DNA from: Haloquadratum walsbyi C23
GTDB taxonomy: Archaea; Halobacteriota; Halobacteria; Halobacteriales; Haloferacaceae
Direction of reading: 5' to 3'
Assembly (NCBI RefSeq): GCF_000237865.1
Contig: NC_017459.1
Span: forward strand, 2,700,001-2,732,000
Length of the DNA: 32,000 bases
The notes under the pieces were generated by a model. That model searched no databases. It had not been told where the DNA came from and saw nothing but the letters and a program-made list of their open reading frames with translations. Made by a program: the position numbers and the translations under genes. Of this stretch, positions 1 through 10,846 are shown in pieces; within the stretch, counting starts at the first letter, position 1, and each line of letters starts with the position of its first letter.

Positions 1-650
1 CACGAGTTGTCATTCGAACACCCAGTGATACAATCTCACTCCCTCCAGATGCGGAGAGTGTTGTTGTTGCCGGGTCAGAAGCACGTCGTGCAGTTGAGTC
101 AGCAGTCTCAATACTCCGTGGCGGTGATGATGGGCGTACAGTTGTAGGTGTCGACCCTGGTTCAAGCCCTGGAATTGCCATTCTTGTCGGTGATGAAATT
201 ATTGGTGCATTCCAGGTCCCACTTTCAGAGGCTGTTGGAACCATTAAATCTGAACTGACAGATGTTGACGACTCTGACCCGATTGTTCGAGTTGGCAATG
301 GTGCCCGACTCCAGGGTGCACAGTTAGTTAACGATCTTGAGGATGTTGCCGTTGAGCTCGTTGACGAAGCAGGGACAACACCGTATCTCGGAGCAGGCGC
401 ACGTGGGATGGGCGATATACTCGCGGCAGTCAATATTGCCCGACGAAGCGGTGAGGTCATTGAAACGCGAACGCTTGAACCAACAGCCGGTGAAATCCAA
501 CGAATAAAAGATCGATCGCGTCAGATGGCTCGGGAAAATCGAACGATTGACGCGAAACTTGCCCGTCGTGTTGCCATTGGGGAGCTCACACTCACAGAGG
601 CGCTTTCGCGCCATCGCGACGATAGTGATACACACACAGAATCAGACTAG
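1..650 (+). CDS. 3' part of a conserved hypothetical protein with an RNase-H-fold (RuvC/YqgF-like) signature; the 5' end lies outside the window
   Basis: The frame starting at base 3 is open up to the TAG at 648-650, so ORF-track entry 408..650 is only its tail. The translation contains GRTVVGVDPGSSPGIAILVGDEIIGAF, which resembles the first catalytic strand of RuvC/YqgF-type nucleases. Composition is acidic. Confidence 0.45.
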   Translation, partial: RVVIRTPSDTISLPPDAESVVVAGSEARRAVESAVSILRGGDDGRTVVGVDPGSSPGIAILVGDEIIGAFQVPLSEAVGTIKSELTDVDDSDPIVRVGNGARLQGAQLVNDLEDVAVELVDEAGTTPYLGAGARGMGDILAAVNIARRSGEVIETRTLEPTAGEIQRIKDRSRQMARENRTIDAKLARRVAIGELTLTEALSRHRDDSDTHTESD

Positions 651-1107
651 AAATATCATTCATCCAATAGGGATTGAAACTCTGTCTCAATTTCTTATGT
701 TTATCTTTTATAACTTGAACAAGGCGAATGCCACGAGGCTTGACCCTGATAGTGATTAGTGCGAGTATTTACCGCCGTGATCATCCGTGTCGGTGATAGG
801 AGCCGCTGAACCCGCGTCATTCGACACCGCCGGTGAAACTATTCGAAGTAATCACTATGAGGCAATTCACATTCAATTGTTATGAACAGCTGACAATATC
901 ATTCATGACGAGTAAAACACTATGCCTGGTTTCAAATCGACGTAAGCAACTATTAGTTATTCTTTATGAAGGCTGCGTTTATACGAAATTAGATATGTCT
1001 ATGATGTTCATCAGATGATATAGGCTATCCGACAACATCTAAAAATGTCGTTTGAATAAAACAAATATCGACGAAAGCAAGCCCACCGGCTATAGATAGT
1101 GAAGAGA

Positions 1108-2658
1108 TCACGAATCTGAGGTTATTATTGACCTAGCAGCGGCTTCTGCCCGACGGCGGATCTCACGTACAGGGTGATCTGTCGTTGTTGCAACCGCAAG
1201 TGCATCATCATACTCTGCGCTGTAATCATATATTACCCCATCAGCATCGCGCCCAATCTTGACTGCAATTTCATAACTATTATTATTGATTGTCAGCGTA
1301 ACAGTCTCAGACGTCCGGTTAGCACGCCAGCGATGCCGTGCAGGATGTTCACGAATACCTAGTGTACCAGTCTCAACTGCAAGTCGTTGAGCAACACTTG
1401 ATGCGTCATCTGGTTTTGTAATAACTTTGATTAAATGCCCAGGTCGTGACTTCTTCATCGATGTTGGGACAATCGTCACATCACGTGCACCGACATCAGT
1501 CAGCGTTTCTTGAAGACTCCCAAGCACCTCAGGGGTCGCATCATCAAGATTCGTCTCTAATACGACAATTGATTCACGATCAAGTGTGAGCCTGTCTGTT
1601 TCTAAATCAGGCTGCGGTCTATCTGTGTTGTTCGCCTCAATAGTATCAGTGTTCATGCTAGCTTCAAGTCCCATCGGTGTCGGTACTTCTCCAATAAGCA
1701 CGCGGAGAACATTTGGATACTCTTCAAAATCGTATCCACCAGCACCATAGCCTGTCGCTGCTATAGTAAGCGTTGGAAGCGTTTGTACACCTTCAGCAAT
1801 ATGTGCTAAAATTGCGGCGCCCGTCGGTGTCAGAAGTTCAGCATTAACTGGACCACCACGAAGCGACCATGTTGCCTCTTCTGCAATTTCAACAACCGCA
1901 GGTGGTGGAACCGAAAATGAACCATGTGACATCGTAATCTCTCCGCTTCCGGTTGATACTGGTGTTACACATACACGATCGACGTCCATATCTGCAAGCA
2001 AGAGTGCTGCTCCTACAATGTCAGCAATTGCGTCATCTGTGCCGACTTCATGAAATTGTGTCGTCGAAAGCGATGTCCCATGCACTGCTGCCTCAGCGGT
2101 ACCAAGCCGAGTGAAAATTTCTATTGCTGTTGATTCAACATCTGCATTGAGTCCCATTCGCTCAACAATCTCAATCACCTCTCTATAGGTACGCGCTGGA
2201 CCGTGACCCTCGATTGGCACCGACTCATCGTGACTGTGATCATGCCCGTCAGCATGAACGTGCTCATGAGTGGGTTTATTCTGGTCTGTGTCTTGCTGTC
2301 TATTATTTTGAGCATGAGTATGGGTATTACTATCATTCTCCGCAGTGTCGTGGATGTGTGAATCGTCACTCTGTGATTTATCATCCTCGTGTGCATCACT
2401 CGCGGTCATCTCCTGATGAGCGCTATCAGCTTCAGTTGATTGCTTATTTGATTGTGCAGATGTGCTCTCAGGATCAGATACAATGTGAACCCGTGTAGCA
2501 AGTATACCAGCTTTCGTTTCAGTATTGACAACATATTGAATCCCAAGAGCATCTTCGACAGGGCTAAGTGCATCTGCTGAAGCGCCGGCAGAAATGAGAG
2601 CAGCAAGAATCATATCCCCACTTGCACCCATTCGACCATCAAATACGAGTAGCGACAT
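1108..2658 (-). CDS. larC: LarC-type nickel insertion protein (DUF111 family) with an expanded His/Asp-rich insert
   Basis: ORF 1108..2697(-). The internal Met at 2658 gives MSLLVFDGRMGASGDMILAALISAGA, the typical LarC N-terminus with its SGDM motif. There is a low-complexity His/Asp/Gln insert of about 100 aa (HTHAQ...HEHVHADGHDHSHDE). The rest of the protein is collinear with family length. Confidence 0.8.
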   Translation of the reverse strand: MSLLVFDGRMGASGDMILAALISAGASADALSPVEDALGIQYVVNTETKAGILATRVHIVSDPESTSAQSNKQSTEADSAHQEMTASDAHEDDKSQSDDSHIHDTAENDSNTHTHAQNNRQQDTDQNKPTHEHVHADGHDHSHDESVPIEGHGPARTYREVIEIVERMGLNADVESTAIEIFTRLGTAEAAVHGTSLSTTQFHEVGTDDAIADIVGAALLLADMDVDRVCVTPVSTGSGEITMSHGSFSVPPPAVVEIAEEATWSLRGGPVNAELLTPTGAAILAHIAEGVQTLPTLTIAATGYGAGGYDFEEYPNVLRVLIGEVPTPMGLEASMNTDTIEANNTDRPQPDLETDRLTLDRESIVVLETNLDDATPEVLGSLQETLTDVGARDVTIVPTSMKKSRPGHLIKVITKPDDASSVAQRLAVETGTLGIREHPARHRWRANRTSETVTLTINNNSYEIAVKIGRDADGVIYDYSAEYDDALAVATTTDHPVREIRRRAEAAARSIITSDS

Positions 2659-2988
2659 AATTGTTCTCTCCGCCTGTAACCACATATGCTCGCGCATTTA
2701 TGATATCATTAGTGATGATAGCCTTGCAGGTGAGTCAGATCGGGTGCTTCGGGACTTTCGCGTGATCCTGGGTTATCTGACAGACGACCATTTACAATCG
2801 ATTCGCATGTTCACAGAATACAAGAAGAATACTACGAGACGATTCGCTGCCGCGGGCGTCAGGGATTTGTATCTGCCGAACTGAATTTGTGGTACAGTGC
2901 CACAGTCTGAGTAAGTCATTGATTAAATCGAAAAGAGACTTATTTCAGGACCTGAAATGTGGCGGGAGGCACCCCCGCGATTCCAATT

Positions 2989-5217
2989 ATGAACGAAGTC
3001 CAACTTGAAGTGGCGAAAGCGTACCCAAATGACTCAGGGCGCGGTATCGCCCGTCTTGACCCGGACACGCTACTCCATCTTAAACTCTCACCAGGCGATA
3101 TTATCGAGATTGAAGGCGCAGATACTACTGCAGCGAAGGTATGGCGCGCCGACAGACAAGACTGGAACACTGACACTGTTCGTGTCGACGGCTTTACGAG
3201 ACAAAACGCTGATGTGAGTATCGGCGAACGCGTTACCATACGGAAAGCTGAAACAACAAAAGCTGAAAAACTCGTACTAGCACCGCCTGAAGAGGCAAGC
3301 GTCCAGTTTGGCTCGGATGCTGCTGGGATGGTTAAACGACAAATTCTGAAGCGTCCGGTTGTTGAGCGTGATATCGTTCCTGTGATGTCATCGACAAATC
3401 ATCCATTCATGCGCTCACCCGGTCAAGCAATCCCACTCATTGCAGTCAATACAGAACCGGATGGCGTCTGTCTGGTGACTGAAGATACAGAAGTTGAGCT
3501 CCGCGAAGAGCCGATCTCAGGATTTGAGAAAACCGGTGGTGGAATAACGTATGAAGATATCGGTGGACTCCAAAACGAGATTCAGCGCGTTCGCGAGATG
3601 GTTGAATTGCCGATGAAACACCCACAGATTTTCAAGAAATTGGGAATTGAGCCACCACAGGGTGTTTTACTTCATGGTCCACCAGGGACAGGTAAGACGC
3701 TTCTTGCAAAGGCTGTCGCCAATGAAACATCTGCAAGTTTCTTCTCAATTGCAGGTCCAGAAATCATATCGAAATATTACGGTGAGTCTGAACAGCAACT
3801 CCGTGAGATATTTGAGGATGCGACTGAGGAATCACCATCAATTATCTTTATTGATGAACTCGATTCAATCGCGCCAAAACGCGAAGATGTTACTGGAGAG
3901 GTTGAGCGCCGAGTTGTTGCACAACTGTTAACGATGATGGATGGGCTTGAAACCCGTGGGCAGGTCATTGTCATTGGCGCAACAAATCGTGTCGACAGTG
4001 TTGATCCTGCACTGCGTCGCCCAGGACGATTTGACCGCGAGATTGAAATTGGCGTACCTGATGAGGTTGGTCGGAAGGAAATCCTCCAGATTCACACCCG
4101 CGGCATGCCGCTTTCCGATGATGTCTCACTAGATTATCTTGCAGATGAGACTCATGGCTTTGTCGGCGCTGATATTGAGTCACTGACAAAGGAAGCAGCA
4201 ATGAAGGCGCTACGGCGTTACCTACCAGAAATCGACCTCGATGAAGAAGATGTTCCGCCAAGCCTTATTGATCGGATGATCGTCAAGCGCGCCGACTTCA
4301 ACGATGCGCTTTCTGATGTTGAGCCCTCTGCGATGCGTGAGGTGCTTGTTGAGCTGCCAAAGGTCTCGTGGGATGATGTTGGCGGACTTGAGGGTCCAAC
4401 TCAGAAGGTAAAAGAAAGCGTTGAGTGGCCAATCACATCTCGTGGTCGGTTTGAACGGATGGGTATCGACGCGCCCAAAGGAGTCCTATTATATGGACCG
4501 CCAGGAACCGGAAAGACGCTCATTGCGAAGGCTGTCGCTAATGAGACGAATGCAAACTTTATTTCAGTGCGAGGTCCACAACTACTCTCAAAGTGGGTCG
4601 GTGAGTCAGAGAAGGCGATTAGACAGACATTCCGAAAAGCACGACAGGTTAGTCCGACTGTTATCTTCTTTGACGAACTCGATAGCCTTGCCCCAAGCCG
4701 AGGCGGTGGAACAGGAAATAATGTCTCTGAACGAGTTGTCAATCAGCTATTGACAGAGCTTGATGGGCTTGAAGAAAATGGAAATGTAATGGTCGTTGCT
4801 GCAACGAATCGACCGGATATGATTGATCCAGCACTCATCCGTTCAGGTCGATTCGACCGATTGGTGCTTATTGGTCAGCCTGGCGAGGAAGGTCGTGAGC
4901 AGATTCTCAAGATCCACACTCGTAACTCACCACTTGCGCCAGATGTGAGTCTCAGAGAGATTGCAGAAATAACCGATGGCTACGTTGGATCTGATCTTGA
5001 GTCGATCGCGCGTGAAGCCGCAATTGAAGCGCTTCGTGAGGATGGTGACGCACAGGAGATTGAGATGCGTCACTTCCGTAAAGCAATGGAATCCGTGCGA
5101 GCAACAATCACTGATGACCTCATGAACTATTATGAGGACATGCAGGAGGAATTCAAGGGCGGAACGCAGAATCGCCTTACTGGCGGACGACAGGATGGGC
5201 GGATTGGGTTCCAATAA
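2989..5217 (+). CDS. cdc48: Cdc48/CdcH (VCP-like) AAA+ ATPase
   Basis: Two AAA modules: Walker [10 protein letters not shown] twice, Walker B IIFIDELD and VIFFDELD. The N-domain starts [24 protein letters not shown], so the Met at 2989 is preferred over ORF start 2959. Confidence 0.95.
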   Translation: MNEVQLEVAKAYPNDSGRGIARLDPDTLLHLKLSPGDIIEIEGADTTAAKVWRADRQDWNTDTVRVDGFTRQNADVSIGERVTIRKAETTKAEKLVLAPPEEASVQFGSDAAGMVKRQILKRPVVERDIVPVMSSTNHPFMRSPGQAIPLIAVNTEPDGVCLVTEDTEVELREEPISGFEKTGGGITYEDIGGLQNEIQRVREMVELPMKHPQIFKKLGIEPPQGVLLHGPPGTGKTLLAKAVANETSASFFSIAGPEIISKYYGESEQQLREIFEDATEESPSIIFIDELDSIAPKREDVTGEVERRVVAQLLTMMDGLETRGQVIVIGATNRVDSVDPALRRPGRFDREIEIGVPDEVGRKEILQIHTRGMPLSDDVSLDYLADETHGFVGADIESLTKEAAMKALRRYLPEIDLDEEDVPPSLIDRMIVKRADFNDALSDVEPSAMREVLVELPKVSWDDVGGLEGPTQKVKESVEWPITSRGRFERMGIDAPKGVLLYGPPGTGKTLIAKAVANETNANFISVRGPQLLSKWVGESEKAIRQTFRKARQVSPTVIFFDELDSLAPSRGGGTGNNVSERVVNQLLTELDGLEENGNVMVVAATNRPDMIDPALIRSGRFDRLVLIGQPGEEGREQILKIHTRNSPLAPDVSLREIAEITDGYVGSDLESIAREAAIEALREDGDAQEIEMRHFRKAMESVRATITDDLMNYYEDMQEEFKGGTQNRLTGGRQDGRIGFQ

Positions 5218-5453
5218 TAGTCACTAATAAAATAGTATGAGGAAAGATTGCTCAGTTGGAGTGGACAATTATCTTCATACGGTCTTGATGCACACATTGG
5301 GATTCAATTGATGAATTCATATCAGCACTGATTACCATCCATTAATATCCTCCCGCAGCTGAAAATGCGGGTACTCTCCTTGTATCATATAATGGGACAT
5401 TTTTGACCTGCTGGGATGGCATCATAATCCGATCTTGATACATCGAGTACTCT

Positions 5454-5474
5454 GGGGTCATCTCAAAGCCCCGA
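5454..5474. repeat. 21-nt stem-loop repeat ggggtcatctcaaagccccga, copy 1
   Basis: Its reverse complement recurs at 15486..15506 with one mismatch. Both copies are intergenic and lie 3' of genes. Confidence 0.5.
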
Positions 5475-5587
5475 AACACCCGCCCTATTCCGCCCTATTT
5501 CGCCTGTAAATCAGCGATTTTCATAATATTTGATGTATCCGGTAGTAACAACTTTCTTGTTCGTGATAGCGAGGCAATATCGCCTAC

Positions 5588-6067
5588 TCAAACACTAAAT
5601 GAGTAGAGATCGTCGCCGACATGATGGATTGATTCAACGACTTTACCACTATCACCGATCAGCTCATCCCCATCAACGAGTGCCCGACCGATAGCAAGGA
5701 CTTTATTATGAGTTTCTTCCACAATCAAGACAAAGTCACCGGCATCAATTGCTGTCTCAGCGTCGACAATTCCTGGTCGCATCACGTCAGCCCCATTACT
5801 CACAAATGAGATTGCCCCAGCATCGACCGTAACGACCGACCGGGTTGGATTATATCGATTCGCTCCCTGTACAGTCAGAAATGGCTCATCATCAAACCTG
5901 ACGATATCGAGGTTATCATCCGCTAACACAACATTATACGATACTCCATCAAGTTCAACGAGTTCATATGCATCTGCATCGAGCGCCACGCCAGTAGTGT
6001 GTTCAATTTCCGCTGTAAGTGTATCAATTTCATCTGTACGGAGATGATGTCTCGATTTGACTTGCAT
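5588..6067 (-). CDS. PUA-domain RNA-binding protein
   Basis: ORF 5588..6334(-). Only the part from MQVKSRHHLR (Met at 6067; alternative Met at 6085) is acidic and protein-like. The C-terminal GADVMRPGIV...GDFVLIVEETHNKVLAIGRALV is PUA-like. Confidence 0.6.
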   Translation of the reverse strand: MQVKSRHHLRTDEIDTLTAEIEHTTGVALDADAYELVELDGVSYNVVLADDNLDIVRFDDEPFLTVQGANRYNPTRSVVTVDAGAISFVSNGADVMRPGIVDAETAIDAGDFVLIVEETHNKVLAIGRALVDGDELIGDSGKVVESIHHVGDDLYSFSV

Positions 6068-6188
6068 TGTCGTGCGGAAAGACATCCCAGCAAATAAGTG
6101 ACCCGACACTGGTATGTGTCGATATCGTCCACTGGTGAAACGACTGCTAAAACTAAAAAATAAGTGTAGGCGGTTCATCCTGAGGGGT

Positions 6189-6545
6189 ATGTGGGGCTCC
6201 CGGAACAGTAAAAAACAAACGACGGTTACTTGTGTCGCCTGTGGAACATCTGTTGAGCGCAAGCAAGCGCGTGAATATGATAAACAAGGCAATCGATGGG
6301 AGCGACATGGAAAAGAGTTTGAATATCTATGCAAGGGTTGTTATCGGGATTTGTGTCATCAACCCCGAGATGGACTTGAGTCGATGTTGATTGATATTGA
6401 GGAAAGTATATCACCAGAGCCCGAGTCCGAGTCCGAGTCCGAGTCTGAGTCTGAATTCGAGTTTTTTACACAATATTTTGGAGTCATTGAGGAACGATGC
6501 AATAGTGAGTCTGCTCCTGATTCGAATTCACAATCTGAGTCGTAA
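6189..6545 (+). CDS. Small zinc-ribbon protein (CxxC...CxxC) with an acidic repeat tail
   Basis: MWGSRNSKKQTTVTCVACGTSVER...YLCKGCYRDL followed by PEPESESESESESEFEF. The Met at 6189 is preferred because the upstream part of ORF 6114..6545 is basic and implausible as protein. Confidence 0.6.
   Translation: MWGSRNSKKQTTVTCVACGTSVERKQAREYDKQGNRWERHGKEFEYLCKGCYRDLCHQPRDGLESMLIDIEESISPEPESESESESESEFEFFTQYFGVIEERCNSESAPDSNSQSES
6417..6458 (+). repeat. Hexanucleotide microsatellite, 7 units (gagccc gagtcc x3 gagtct x2 gaattc), inside a CDS
   Basis: Read directly from the sequence. It encodes the (E-S/P)n stretch. Confidence 0.9.
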
Positions 6546-6754
6546 TATCGACTAACCCACTCTATTGGCTCCGAGAAAGAATATGGTATTATAGAAAATA
6601 TATCAAGAGTCATTCCATCTTCTGCTCCCAGATGGGCGAGATCAGCCTGTTGGACTCTATCAGGATAATATATGAGTATCATCCCTGCAATTGAGTAAGG
6701 GGACTGAATCTGCGCGTGCGACACGACTATCTGTGCGTCCCGAATACTATCATT

Positions 6755-8083
6755 ATGTCCAATAATGCACAACAATCACAGTCGGAGGCAGGGACAGCCG
6801 CTGGGCAGGGTCCTGTCGAGATCTCTGTCGACCTTGCCCGCCGACTGCAAGAGAAACGAGAGGAGCTCTTTGAGGAGTTCGGCATTCGTGATGCGTTTCC
6901 ACCTGCTGTTCGTCAGGAAGCAAAAGCGCGGACTGAGGACGTCAATGAAGAAATACAGGATGAACTTGACTCACGAACAGATCTTCGTGAGTTGACGACG
7001 TGGACAACGGATCCTGTTGATGCACAAGATTTTGATGATGCACTCAGCATCCGCGAGAATGATGAAACCTACACCCTATGGGTTCACATTGCTGATGTCA
7101 GTCATTATGTCCATCCGGACTCTGAGATGTGGACTGAGGCTGTTGAACGAGGAAATACAGTGTATCTACCAGCGTACACGATTCATATGCTCCCACCGGT
7201 GCTGGCAGAGACAGTGTGCTCACTTGTCCCAGAAAAAGATCGACTGGCACATACTGTTGAGATGGAAATTTCAAAAGAAACACTTTCATTTGAAGAACTT
7301 GATATTTATAAGTCAGTTATACATTCTGATGCTCGATTAACTTATACCGAGTGTGAAACCCATCTTGAGGACTCTAACGCTGAGTTACATGCTGAAAATA
7401 AACTCGCATATGAGCTTGCTGATCAATTACATGAACAACGTAAAGCAGACGGATCATTGGTATTAAATCCAAGTCGGGATCGCGCACACACGATAATCGA
7501 AGAATGCATGTTAAAAGCCAATAAAGCGGTTACACATGAATTAATGTGGAATCGAGGCGTTGAAGCAATGTATCGTGTCCACCCACAACCAACGCCGACG
7601 CAATGGGATGAAGCTCTTCGCGAAATTACAGAACTTGATGGGGTTGAGATTTCATCAACCGCATGGGATGAACCACGAAAGGCAGTGAATAGTGCACTTG
7701 AGAATTCAAAACCTCGTGCGCTTGATAAGATTCAACGAGCAGTGCTCAAGGTAATGCCCCGGGCAAAGTATATGAACGATCCCTTTGGTGGTCATTATGC
7801 ATTAAATTTTGACATTTATGGACATTTTACATCGCCAATTCGGCGACTCTCAGATCTGATCAACCACTGGATTGTGCATGAGAATGCTGTCCCAGAGGAT
7901 CTTATCGGACTCTGTGACCGCGCCTCAGAGAGACAGAAAGATGCTGAGACTGCTGAGCGACTGTATAAGCAATTCCTCGAGGAGCAGGGAATTGACCCAT
8001 ATGCGATTAATAACCGCGGCGTGGTCACGATTGATGACGCTGGAGATATTATTGATGATGAAGGGCTCCCTCCAAACGAATAA
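6755..8083 (+). CDS. rnr: Archaeal RNase R (RNB-domain 3'-5' exoribonuclease lacking CSD and S1 domains)
   Basis: RNB motifs are present: DPVDAQDFDDALS, YTIHMLPPVL and GHFTSPIRRLSDLINH. At about 440 aa the protein has no flanking cold-shock or S1 domains, as known for haloarchaeal RNase R. Start MSNNAQQSQ at 6755. Confidence 0.9.
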   Translation: MSNNAQQSQSEAGTAAGQGPVEISVDLARRLQEKREELFEEFGIRDAFPPAVRQEAKARTEDVNEEIQDELDSRTDLRELTTWTTDPVDAQDFDDALSIRENDETYTLWVHIADVSHYVHPDSEMWTEAVERGNTVYLPAYTIHMLPPVLAETVCSLVPEKDRLAHTVEMEISKETLSFEELDIYKSVIHSDARLTYTECETHLEDSNAELHAENKLAYELADQLHEQRKADGSLVLNPSRDRAHTIIEECMLKANKAVTHELMWNRGVEAMYRVHPQPTPTQWDEALREITELDGVEISSTAWDEPRKAVNSALENSKPRALDKIQRAVLKVMPRAKYMNDPFGGHYALNFDIYGHFTSPIRRLSDLINHWIVHENAVPEDLIGLCDRASERQKDAETAERLYKQFLEEQGIDPYAINNRGVVTIDDAGDIIDDEGLPPNE

Positions 8084-8085
8084 AA

Positions 8086-8109
8086 TCAGAGAAAATTTCA
8101 TTTTTCTGA
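8086..8109 (+). terminator. Hairpin with a T5 run directly after the RNase R stop
   Basis: tcagagaaaat-ttc-atttttctga forms a 9-bp stem with one bulge and lies 3 nt after the stop codon at 8081-8083. Confidence 0.35.
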
Positions 8110-8221
8110 CAGTTAGTCCTCGTCAAATGTCGCTTAATTGCAGTTAATAAATAACGATAAAGTGATACTGTCTACATATATTATTATTGATAATATCGGA
8201 TCAATATCTCCTACTTGTGTA

Positions 8222-8455
8222 TCAGTGTTTATGTGTAAATAATAGCACTTCGTCATCGTGTGTTGTGATGCATAGATCAAGTAACATAGTAAGCTCAAGA
8301 CTATTATAGTCGTCCTCACAGATTACCAAGTCATCGAATGGATCACCACATGCTGGACAGGAAATACTAACAGTGTTCCGATACGTTGTCACTCCCCCAG
8401 TGGACTCATGCGGTGTTAATGATGTAGTGAGATGTTCGTACTCGCTTTCGTCCAT
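8222..8455 (-). CDS. Small acidic hypothetical protein with a CPxCG motif
   Basis: 77-aa ORF, acidic, containing SISCPACGDPFDD. It is divergent from the ABC operon. Confidence 0.5.
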   Translation of the reverse strand: MDESEYEHLTTSLTPHESTGGVTTYRNTVSISCPACGDPFDDLVICEDDYNSLELTMLLDLCITTHDDEVLLFTHKH

Positions 8456-8637
8456 ATAATATATTTAACGAGATAATCCATCATAATTCTACCTCCTACG
8501 ATCCTGAATTGAAGATGCAGACGGAGATATCAGTGGAGATACTTTCAGAGTACCCTTATCATCAATTATCAACATTTATAACCGTTATAGATTTACCTAT
8601 TATAGGTCTCGTATTGACTGGGTAGACCATTTGATTT

Positions 8638-9957
8638 ATGACAGAAAATACCAATCGGCGGACATTCCTCAAGATAGCAGGAAGTACAGGTGCAGTTGGA
8701 CTTACCGGACTTGCTGGATGCGCTGGTGGCGGTGGTGGTGGTGATGGAACGAGTACCAATGCCGATGATGGCGGAGACACAACTGCCAATGGTGGAACAA
8801 CCGGAAGTTCCGACGGAGTCGAGACCATTACCCTTGGTGGTTCAATGAGTCTGACTGGCGAGAACGCTGATCTTGGGAAACTATACAAGGACGCCTATGA
8901 ACTGACAATCCAGCGGATCAATGATAATGGTGGTATCGAGGCTGGCGATGGAAATACCTATGAACTGGAGATGATCCTCCGAGATGATGGGACTGACGCG
9001 TCGACCTCAAAAAGTATCTATCAGGAACTTATTGATCGTGAAAATGTGGATTATCTCTTGGGTCCATATTCAAGCACAGTGACACTTCCAGCGAGTGCAG
9101 TTGCCGCACAAAATCAAAAGCCAATGGTTGAGGGCGGTGGTGCAAGCCCAGAAATCTTTGCTCAAGGGAACGAATGGATCTTTGGTCTTCTGCCGACAGC
9201 AAATAAGTACGCAAAAAGCTACATGGACATGTGTCTCGCACAGGATCCAACACCAGAGTCCATCGCAATCCTTGCGGAGGATGACACATTCAGTCAATCC
9301 ACAGCAGAGGGCGCACGAAATAAAATCGCAAACACTGATCTGGAGTTGGTCGTTGACCAGACATTCCCAACAGGCACATCCGATCTCTCGACAAATCTGA
9401 GCCGAGTAAAAAGTAATGATGCCGATATCTTACTTCTTTGTGCACATCAAAAACACAATATCATTCTCGCTAGCCAAATGGAAACTCAAGGGCTAAACGT
9501 TGATGCTGCAATGGGGACTGTTGGTAGTCTTAATGATTCATTCAAAGACGAGGTCGGTGCAAATGGAAACTATATGTATGGTCCCTCCTCCTGGGCAATA
9601 AACGCTGATTTTGAGGATCCGGTTTACGGCGCGACAGGAGACTTTGTTTCCGCAATCGAGAGTAACTATGAGTACGCTCCTGATTACCACAGCGCCGCTG
9701 GTGAAGCCGTAATTATAACCTTTGTTAATGCATTCCAAAATGTCGACGAAATAAACCCAACCTCAGTCCGAGATCAAATCCGTCAGGCTGAGTTTTCAAC
9801 AGTATATGGCACCGTTGCATTCGATGACACCGGTGTAATTGATAAGAATATGCTTATCTATCAGTGGCAACCAGAGCCAGGATTACAGATCACGTACCCT
9901 GAAAACGTTGCACAGTCCTCACCAACCTATCCAATGCCTGATTGGAACGAGCGCTAA
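8638..9957 (+). CDS. livK: LIV-type ABC transporter substrate-binding lipoprotein (Tat signal)
   Basis: Twin-arginine signal NRRTFLK, lipobox LAGCAG, and a Gly/Thr/Asp linker. The periplasmic-binding-protein-like body includes LGPYSS and is followed by permease and ATPase genes. Confidence 0.85.
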   Translation: MTENTNRRTFLKIAGSTGAVGLTGLAGCAGGGGGGDGTSTNADDGGDTTANGGTTGSSDGVETITLGGSMSLTGENADLGKLYKDAYELTIQRINDNGGIEAGDGNTYELEMILRDDGTDASTSKSIYQELIDRENVDYLLGPYSSTVTLPASAVAAQNQKPMVEGGGASPEIFAQGNEWIFGLLPTANKYAKSYMDMCLAQDPTPESIAILAEDDTFSQSTAEGARNKIANTDLELVVDQTFPTGTSDLSTNLSRVKSNDADILLLCAHQKHNIILASQMETQGLNVDAAMGTVGSLNDSFKDEVGANGNYMYGPSSWAINADFEDPVYGATGDFVSAIESNYEYAPDYHSAAGEAVIITFVNAFQNVDEINPTSVRDQIRQAEFSTVYGTVAFDDTGVIDKNMLIYQWQPEPGLQITYPENVAQSSPTYPMPDWNER

Positions 9958-9961
9958 ATTG

Positions 9962-10846
9962 ATGGCAATAACGCAGTTTGTGGTCAATGGACTTCTCGTC
10001 GGTGCGTTGTTCACTGCGGTTGCTGTTGGATTCGCGCTTATTTGGGGAGTTGTTGATATTATCAATCTTGCACATGGGGAGATGGTGATGCTTGGTGGAT
10101 ACAGTTCATACTGGATCTTGAATTTCCTCACTGGTGATGCTGAAGGATCAGTAACATTGTTTTTAGTAACCATCCCCCTTGTTATTGGAATTGTCTTTGT
10201 TATTGGCTATGCGCTTCAGCGTATTCTTGTCGCGCGTGTCATTGGAACAGACATTTTTCTCACGCTGTTAGTTACATTTGGTATTAGCATTGCGATTCAA
10301 CAGCTCGCCATCCAAGCATGGTCGGCAAATCCCCGAGCGATTCAGATACTGTTCACCGACCCATCGCTGAGTGTTGCCGGAATCGTTATTCCAAAGATGA
10401 AACTCATATCATTTATTGGTGCAATCGGACTAACCGTCGCGTTATACGTATTTCTTCAGCGGACGCGAACTGGTCGTGCAATCCGTGCTGTATCACAAAA
10501 TCCTGAGGCAGCAGCACTCGTTGGTATCGATGTTGAGCATACACGTGCAGTGACGTTCGGGATCTCCTCGGCTATTGCTAGCGGTGCTGGCGCATTCATT
10601 GCGACAATCTTGAACATTCAACCACAAATGGGGCTTATATACACACTCAAGAGCTTTGTCATCGTTGTCTTTGGCGGCGTCGGTTCGATTCCCGGTGTAT
10701 TTATCGGCGGTCTGATGCTCGGGACGGTTGAGGAACTCACCGCTGGACTTGTCTCTTCTCAATGGACGCTTGCTGTGAGTTTCAGTCTGCTCATTGTGCT
10801 ACTCATTGTGAAACCAACCGGATTATTCGGTGAGGAGACCGCATAA
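9962..10846 (+). CDS. livH: Branched-chain amino acid ABC transporter permease (LivH type)
   Basis: Starts MAITQFVVNGLLVGALF. The product is multi-TM. The upstream part of ORF 9839.. overlaps the livK end and is not protein-like. Confidence 0.85.
   Translation: MAITQFVVNGLLVGALFTAVAVGFALIWGVVDIINLAHGEMVMLGGYSSYWILNFLTGDAEGSVTLFLVTIPLVIGIVFVIGYALQRILVARVIGTDIFLTLLVTFGISIAIQQLAIQAWSANPRAIQILFTDPSLSVAGIVIPKMKLISFIGAIGLTVALYVFLQRTRTGRAIRAVSQNPEAAALVGIDVEHTRAVTFGISSAIASGAGAFIATILNIQPQMGLIYTLKSFVIVVFGGVGSIPGVFIGGLMLGTVEELTAGLVSSQWTLAVSFSLLIVLLIVKPTGLFGEETA

Noticed and set aside
324-635. Antisense or off-frame ORFs inside well-supported genes, for example 324..635-, 2940..3239-, 3971..4261-, 4401..4742-, 14637..15035-, 19728..20198- and 16142..16462-
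   Set aside because: They lie opposite to, or out of frame with, genes that have strong motif support. Their products are basic, Ser/Cys/Arg-rich and not halophile-like. They are typical shadow ORFs.
5308-5362. Possible box C/D sRNA: ttgatga, 13 nt, ctga ... ctga
   Set aside because: The C box lacks the leading purine, there is no recognisable C' box, and there is no terminal stem. The spacing match is easily due to chance.
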